The notes under the pieces: model-generated
Told to the model about the DNA's origin: nothing
Seen by the model: the letters and a program-made list of their open reading frames with translations, nothing else
Databases searched by the model: none
Made by a program: the position numbers and the translations under genes
In this document: one piece after another, positions 56,047 to 64,000 of the stretch
How the letters are laid out: each line of letters begins with the position of its first letter
How positions within the stretch are numbered: the first letter of the stretch is position 1
DNA from: Octopus vulgaris
Lineage: Eukaryota
NCBI GenBank assembly: GCA_951406725.2
Contig: OX597826.1
Location: 76,694,001 to 76,758,000 of the forward strand
DNA length: 64,000 nt
Direction of reading: 5' to 3'

Positions 56047-56403
56047 TGAATATATATGGACGAGTCCTGTGTGGCAGGGTATCAGATTTAAGCTTATCAT
56101 GAATTATATAATAGGTGTCAGTGAAGATGAAATGATTTATAATTGATAGCAAAACGGTAAAATCTCGAAGGCTGGCTTTTGTCTTTACTTCCTTATCTCC
56201 CCCCCCACTCCCATATTTTCGTTTTCATTTTCTTCTCCTTATTTCTTCCTTTACCCTGACCCTTCTTTTCCTGCACTTGACATGTTCTTCATCTTCTTGC
56301 ATCATCACCATCACCATCTTCAACATCATCATGATAACCCTTACCATTAGTAATAGCACTATTAGTCATATGTGTGCGTGTGCCACACACAATAATTATA
56401 CGT

Positions 56404-56469
<66 letters not shown>

Positions 56470-56594
56470 GTGTATATATATATATATATGTATATATATA
56501 CATGTATGTGTATATATATACATATATATATGTATGTATATATATATACATATATATATGTATGTATATATATATACATATATATATGTATGTA

Positions 56595-56648
<54 letters not shown>

Positions 56649-56657
56649 CATACATAC

Positions 56658-56705
<48 letters not shown>

Positions 56706-58094
56706 GCATGTAATTCGCTAAAGAAAGTTAAGTTTGTATATCCATATATATATATATATAATCATGTAATTTGCTAAAGAAAGTTAAGTATGTATATCCA
56801 TATACACACTTAAACATAAACATAATCACAAATATTTGTATAGGAGCCTTTTTCTATTTATGGTTCATCCTCTCTCTACTTTTTATCTTCAATGTTCTGT
56901 AGTCTTTGTTTTTTTTAACTATTTTTACCGCTGCCTTTGCTATTTTGTTTTCATTCTTTGAAAAGATTATAGTTTCGGAAATAAGTAACTTACCAATCTA
57001 AATTGTAACTGCTACGTTTCTGAGTTCTAATCCAGGCCTCCTCATTTGTTTTCTCTGAAAGGATCCACTATGTTAATTGGTTTGATGACACTAAGTAAAT
57101 TAATCCTCATTTAAACTACTCATTAATATTTGACTTAATTATTCTACTAATTGTTAACATACGAAAAGTAAAATTTATCCGAGTGGGAATTGAACACTAA
57201 GGTTTGGTTTCTGATTATGGCATTAGGTTAATAATTTTGGATTCCAACCATTATATATCATATGTTTGCCTGTGTGTATAGAATTGACTGTTATACTAAA
57301 CCAGGGTATATATTTTATTGATCAAGGCGAACGTCGAAGCGAAGTGGCTGCGTGCAATTTGATCTCAGTTGTACATAGTCATTACTATAAATCACGCGGC
57401 ATTTTGCCTCCTGCTCAACCAATTCCACTGCAAACTGGCTCTCATGACCACTGGGCCGTGCGCGCTCGATGTACAACACTAAATAACAACAAACTGTTAA
57501 GAATCTATTTCCAGTCACAAAAGTCAGAACGTAAGACAACAAACCCTTAAGAAAAACAAAATCCTTTATTACAGTCGAAAACAGAAAATGTTCGGTATGG
57601 TGGGGCTGATGCGCATTATTATTATTATACACATGCTTTATTAATAGTGTGCATACGAGGCAAGTCCAGCAGTAATTTTGTCCGTCATAATGGCTTGGTC
57701 AGTGTCATAAGTAGGACTAACAGTCTCCCAAAGTGTCATATTCAATGTATGTTTATAGCATTTGGCCAGTTATAAAGATTGTCGTAAAATGACCGCTCGT
57801 TGCCTGTAAAGGGATAATTAAGAAGAAAGGCATTCTGCTCCGAACTGCCTATTGCTGAATACTGGTGCTTTAGGTCGCTACAGCAGGGTCTAGACATGGA
57901 TTGTTTTATTTTGTATTTTTTACGTTTCTACGTACATTTTTTTTTTCTGTTTTACTCTCTTTTTTGCTCGATCCTCAAGCATTTATTTTTATAGAAATGT
58001 TTATAGACTAACACAGGCAAAAACTAAAAGCACGCTGATGCATAAATATATGCATGTACACACGTTTATCTGCCCTACCCCTCTCTCTTTCTCT

Positions 58095-58165
<71 letters not shown>

Positions 58166-58282
58166 CATATATATATTATATATTTATAAATATCTATCTA
58201 TCTATATATTATATATATATATGTATATATATATACACATGGACACGAACACACACATACACATATAATAATATAATGAATG

Positions 58283-58351
<69 letters not shown>

Positions 58352-60111
58352 ATAAATAAATAGATTTAAATATATATATACATACTTGAAAAGAAATATA
58401 AATCGATACATATGGTCGCATGTGTTCAGATACATTCACACAAATTCTTACATAAATGCATACATATATGCGGGTATACATGTATACAGAGATATGGTCA
58501 TGACAATGTTGCCTAAATTCCAAAGAAAAATGTCTAAACCCCACCCACCAAGGATGAGAAATCTTGAACAATAAACCAGAAAGACCGACACACGTATGTT
58601 ATCTGCCTAAATGTGGTAGGGAGCAATGCTGGTGGGTAAAAATGAAACAGAGACCTTGCTATGAGCATTCTTCTTACTATGATCGTTGCTTTCCACTAAT
58701 ATAATTTCAACCATGATAAACACTGAATGTCTAACATTGCCCCATGAAATCAGATGCATGCATACTACTATTTGTTTGTCTCTTATTAGACCCGGTGAAG
58801 TTGATAAATGATTCTTTCCGAATCATGAACAATTGGTCATTCCCCTCTAAAATTCCATTAATCATTCAGTCCTTTATAATATTTTGCTGTTTGATGGGAT
58901 AAGAATTGATTGTTTGTATCATATTTAAGGACCACATAATGCAGAGGATCTGTCAGGAGTCTCACAGAATTCCATCGTCAATGCCCAACGTCCGATACCT
59001 TTCATTGTAGACAGGCATGAGGACCATGAGAATTGAGGCAATGTTTGTTTTTCTGCACTCTCCAATGTGTTACATAAATATGAGCAATCTCATGTCATGA
59101 GATAGTTTTTACTCAAAGAAAAAAAAATGTGCAGAAATAAGTTATGGATAAAATAAGCAGCAGTCGATAAGTTTGAATAAAATTCTTGAGATGCGTCAGA
59201 GTATGGCTCTTGTCGTCCGTCTAAAATCAGTAAAAAGAAAACATAAAATATGATTATACAAATTATATTTCTGTGTCTTTGTATAGAGAACCAAACATCG
59301 ATAGTTGTTCAATTCCAAACACTAAGTCATAAGGAGCTGGAAAAAATATTGAAGGAATTTTGTTCAAAGTTCTAATGATTCTAATGAAGTACCAACTACG
59401 CTTAGAAGTACAATGTTTTTCTTCTCAATAAAAAAATATGTACTTTTATGTGGATTGTAATGTTTTCTTGCTAAAAGTCAAAATGATACGATTAATGTTA
59501 TGATAATAATATAATTAATTTTTATTTCACATTCGAAATCATCATTGAATTATTATTAATATTAAAATTGTTTCCACTAACAAAATAATAATTGCATAAT
59601 TAGTATTATTAGAATTATGATTTTTTGCTTATGAAACTGATCAAATTAATATTATTATAACTATGAAAATGTCTTCCCAAGATCAAGATATATAATGAAC
59701 CACTGGGTACCCGGAGTGAGCCCTAAAGTTATACATGTTCAATCGCATAGTTAATTACTTGAAGCAAATTGCAATTAAGATCATTAATTAAAATAAAATA
59801 TGGTGTTTTATAGTCTGCTTTGGTTCCCCTTATTACTAAACTAACAATAAAATAGACACGCAACGAGGTATCTAACTTCATACAAGTAGATATGTTGAGC
59901 AAAACTTTCTCGTTTCGTCTCAGTATTCAATTGGCTGTCAGAGTTTCATTGATATTCAGAGACAATAGGAATGAATTGTCTATGATGCGCATGTCAGAGC
60001 GACTGTCAGAGATATCGAAAAATATTACCACCTGAATTAGCAAATAACGTAAGAAAATAATTGCCAGCGTATGGACATTCGATAATCCCTAGTATTAAAC
60101 GCATAACGAAA

Positions 60112-60293
60112 GGCGGTGAGCTGGTAAAATCGTTTGCAAACCGGATCTTTACGTTCTGAGTTCAAGTTACGTGGAAGTCGACTTTGCCTTCCAAACTTTT
60201 GGGGTCGGTAAAAATATGGTACCTGTTGATTAACCAACTAGACATATCTCCCACATATTTAAGTCCTTTGGGCTTGTAGTAGAAAGGATTCTT
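60112..60293 (+). mobile_element. SINE family B, diverged monomer
   Basis: GGCGGTGAGCTGG...ACGTTCTGAGTTCAA...GTCGACTTTGCCTT...GGGGTCGGTAAA...AGTAGAAAGGATT. Confidence 0.8.
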
Positions 60294-60334
60294 ATAAGTA
60301 TAGCCGTTCCATCCAAAAGTCGAAATCGCGCGTT

Positions 60335-60401
60335 TCCAGGATCAGTCCCACTGCGTGGCACCTTCGGCATGGTTTGGTAGACTGAAACTGAAAGAAGCCT
60401 G

Positions 60402-60483
<82 letters not shown>

Positions 60484-60680
60484 GTGCGTGCGATTGTTCT
60501 CCACAACGTTTCGACAACCAGCATTGGTGTGTTTACGGCCCTGTAACATAGTGGTTCGGCAAAAGAGACCGATAAAGTATCAGTCTTAAAAATAACAAGT
60601 GCCGGGGTCAATTCATTCCACTGAAAATTCTTCAAGGTGGTGCCCCAGCATGGCCATATTCTGAGACAAGTAAAAGATAA
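60335..60680 (+). mobile_element. SINE family A, diverged and deleted
   Basis: CAGTCCCACTGCGTGGCACCTT...GGTTCGGCAAAAGAGACCGATA...CCAGCATGGCC. Confidence 0.82.
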
Positions 60681-62056
60681 CATCTAAATTACGTAACTTC
60701 TAGGCTCACAAATTTCTCTCTTTCAAACGAAATTATATAATTTCTGTGCCAAATAAAAATGGTTTTCTTCATTTGAGTGAGAATTATATAATTAATATTA
60801 TTATAACTATAATGATTGATTCCTCCACATTAAGATTATATAATTACTTTTTCAGTTAATATAATGAAGAACAGAAACACAATAAATTATGTAATTATTA
60901 TTTTGATATTTTTTTCTCAAAATCAAAAATTACATAATTGTTATTAATTAAATGATAAATAGTTTTACACTCAAAACGAAAGGAGCAATCAAAAGCAGAG
61001 TTATTAAAGTATAAGGTAGAATGCTTTGTGGTATTTGTTCAAACTCTCTGTGCTCTAGGTTCAAAACCACACAAGATCTGACTTTGCATTTATCCTTTTA
61101 CGGTCGATAAATAAAGTACCAGTGAAAAGTAATCAATTTGTGGAATTGGCGGAATTATTAACGCGCCAGGCGAGATTTTTGTGATATCTGTTCTGTTTAT
61201 GTACAGAGCTCAATTGTCTCCCCCCACCCCTGTGAATAGCCTTCTCGTGGCAGGGAACAGGTTTTGCAACCCGAGTAATAGCGATAATTTCTAAATGTCG
61301 GACCGAGAGGCGAGTCAAGTGAAGCATCATTACAAACGGTGTCTGTAGAGAATCGGAAAAAACGGTGCGACAAAACGGAAAAAAAAAACATCGAATATAC
61401 GTACAATCTAAGGCGGGGACATCTCTCAGATCACATAAGCTAGAAACAGAAGCTAAATCTTCATCAAAATACGTTAAAGTACCTTAGAAAGGAAGATCAG
61501 TTGAATGCTGTTATCCAGTCTCTGGGTTTAAGACAAAAGGTGGATTACAGCTGATGATTTTGATCCTAGGTTTGTTCAGTCTAAAGAGACCTGAGTTGAG
61601 AGAAAATGTATAGCAGCTATTACTTATCTAATATCATATGCTGATAAAGATATTACATGGTCGAATTGAAACTCAGTCACAACTGAGTCATAAGTAAACC
61701 CGTGGAAAAATCAAAGCCAGCCCTTATAGGTTTTCTAAACGTTCTAAAATATGCAAATATTACATTTTAGGTACGGGTTCCTTATTTACGATAATAGCTT
61801 ACAGTTGTTTCGATAGACTAATCGTAAAAATATAGAAATGTCATATTCTCGACACGATAAAGAGTGATAATTAAAGAGACATTTTATCTAACGTATGTAC
61901 TGATTATCTTATCCAGTCCATTTACGACAATAGCTTACAGTTGTTTCGAAGACAATGTTATATATAGAAATGTCATATTCTCCACTAATATATTTCAATG
62001 GGCAAAGTAACCATAACACTGTGTCTAGCACAGATCGATATATGCCTTAATGTTGG

Positions 62057-62245
62057 TTACACATTTTGGTACAAAGCCAGCAATTTTGAGGGAGTGGATA
62101 AATCAATTATATCGATCCCCGTGCTCAAGTGATAATTATTCTATCGATCCAAATAAAAAGAAAGGGAATGTAGACTTCGGTATTGACATCTGAACTCAGA
62201 AAGTTAAGACGGACGAAATTCTGCTAGGCATTTTTTTCCGGGCAT
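62057..62245 (-). mobile_element. SINE family B, diverged monomer
   Basis: ACAAAGCCAGCAATTTTG...ATCGATCCCC...TGAACTCAGAA...GACGGACGAAAT. Confidence 0.7.
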
Positions 62246-62508
62246 CCCCAGGTCACATATTGAGTATGTAAGCGCGTGAGACTACATATGTATTTGAAAC
62301 CTACTTGTTTCATGGACTCAAATAAAAAGAAAGGGAATGTAGACTTCGGTATTCGAGAAGATTCAAACGTCCACTAAACACATAACCTTCAAGCTTTAGA
62401 TATATCTTGTATTTTGGGTCAATTTCTATTTGACAGACCAAACAGTGCGTATGTCTTTATGGTGAAAAGATCCTACCAAGATAAAGTTAAAATATAAAAA
62501 AAGAACTG

Positions 62509-62558
<50 letters not shown>

Positions 62559-62560
<2 letters not shown>

Positions 62561-62768
62561 TCAATATGTGACGGCGTGTATATCGTTGGCGATTTTCTTT
62601 CTCCGCCTTCCCTTCCTTGGACCTTTCCTTTTCTATGTTTTTGACGAAGAGCTCCGCTCGAAACGTCAAATCCTCCTTCTTTCTTTCCTTTCCTGAGCGT
62701 TCAATAACACTATACTTGTTCCACGTCCTCGCGTTGTTGTGTTTCCTGTTAGTTAATGTTTGGATTAA

Positions 62769-62769
<1 letters not shown>
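62559..62769 (+). mobile_element. Hammerhead-bearing repeat family H1, copy 3
   Basis: Reverse complement of 22339-22540; pure (TA)n on both sides. Confidence 0.83.
62637..62671 (+). ncRNA. Hammerhead motif of H1 (C3>U mutation)
   Basis: GTTT-tTGACGA-A-GAGC tcc GCTC-GAAA-CG-T-C-AAAT. Confidence 0.7.
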
Positions 62770-62845
<76 letters not shown>

Positions 62846-63249
62846 TAAATATATATATATACATCAGTACATCGCGGATTTATCTGGCTAACATATGTAA
62901 CTTATGTAAATTTATATCGTGAACTCCTCAGTATATCGCGGGTTGCTGCGGCCGATAGGAATTTATATTGCCTAGATTTTAATTATTTCTGTGATAAAAT
63001 AGGCATTTTCACGCCTAAAAATTAATAAATTAATAAATATAAATACAGTACAGTACTTCACTGTAAAACACATTAATTAAAATATATTAAAAGAAAGTAC
63101 GTAGTGAAGCGTAGGTGAGTAAGTAAAGAATTGCCTATATTCTACGGAAAATGAAATCCTAAAAGTGTGGGGAGAATTTATAAAAGCTTAAATATATAAA
63201 AATAATAAAATATTACGGAGATGTACTTGCATAGCAAGTGACTTGATCT

Positions 63250-63530
63250 GAGAGGTCTGGGCAGTCAGGAAGGTGAGGAACAGCTTTAATGCCCATCTGT
63301 GTCAAGTGATTGGTTACCAAAATGAAATAATGTGGAATAATTCATTGTCCTGGTGCAGGTCCTCTGGCCATTTGCCAAGAATTCCCTTCTTCAACGCCCT
63401 CAAAATCTCCCCAATGTTTTCATTGTTGACCGACTAGCCACAGGGAACGTAGTGGATGTAAATGATGCCCTTTCTATCGAAAAAGAGGATCATCAAAAGC
63501 GTCTCTTGTGACTTGAACTGACCTGCTTCT
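63250..63530 (-). pseudogene. Mariner transposase catalytic-domain fragment
   Basis: LMILFFDRKGIIYIHYVPCG*SVN..EILRALKKGI..KWPEDLHQDN..H/..VTNHLTQMGIKAVPHLPDCPDLS resembles mariner motifs FFD-x2-G, LHQDNA and PHPPYSPDL. Confidence 0.88.
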
Positions 63531-64000
63531 TGTGTCAGCGAAAAACTATGAATGCATTGCATCTTATGACAGAAAAAACTTGTAAGCTGATGATGCTTGT
63601 GACATAACTCCTTATTCCCTTGTAATTTATTTAATCTCTTACTACTGACCCGTACTCAACTAGCACTTTATTTCTGGAGCGTATGTATAGTGAGTTCTAA
63701 CGTCAGGTTATTAGTATAGCTACGCATAAAAGAAATAATAAAATATAACTTAAGATTTTACCTAGATAAGATGCGAACTTATTTCCGAAAGGCAATATCC
63801 CAGCATCCATTTCGAGAAGGCGGGCATCACAAAACCAGGAAGGGCAAAGCTAATTAGGAAATTAAAGTTATAAAGCCATCAAGGAAACGGTGTCGCCTGT
63901 TGCCTGGTCATCTATATACACTTATATACGTATACAAACATTTATATGTGCGCAAGAAGAAATCAAAACGCAGATTCACTCGCATAACGACTTGTATACC

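Noticed and set aside
61786-61990. Tandem pair containing minus-strand GAAACAACTGTA (hammerhead 3' half-like)
   Set aside because: No CUGANGA partner found; only a diverged local duplication is supported

Overview
Eukaryotic, AT-rich, microsatellite-saturated non-coding DNA (intron or intergenic). The repeat repertoire is most consistent with an octopus (coleoid cephalopod) genome, which is an inference. Nearly all ORF-track entries are artefacts of (TA)n, (CA)n, (AAT)n, (AGAT)n and (CAC)n repeats, and no host gene is confidently identified; one low-complexity minus-strand ORF plus a splice donor at ~32.9-33.9 kb is a weak candidate. The window holds at least three tRNA-headed SINE families (one forming 184-bp internal multimers), non-autonomous Helitrons, a hAT MITE, and decayed coding fragments of a mariner transposase, R4/Dong-clade LINEs and a Penelope-like (Naiad-type) GIY-YIG endonuclease. 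The most notable signal is about ten minimal type I hammerhead-ribozyme motifs of the Penelope/retrozyme type, found by eye in about seven unrelated short repeat families. They are mostly in inverted-repeat arrangements or inside (TA)n tracts. They include stem I covariation between copies, a U3-A8 core variant, and one element that appears to join a Pol III tRNA head to a hammerhead-bearing tail. All coordinates and folds were read manually and need computational confirmation.
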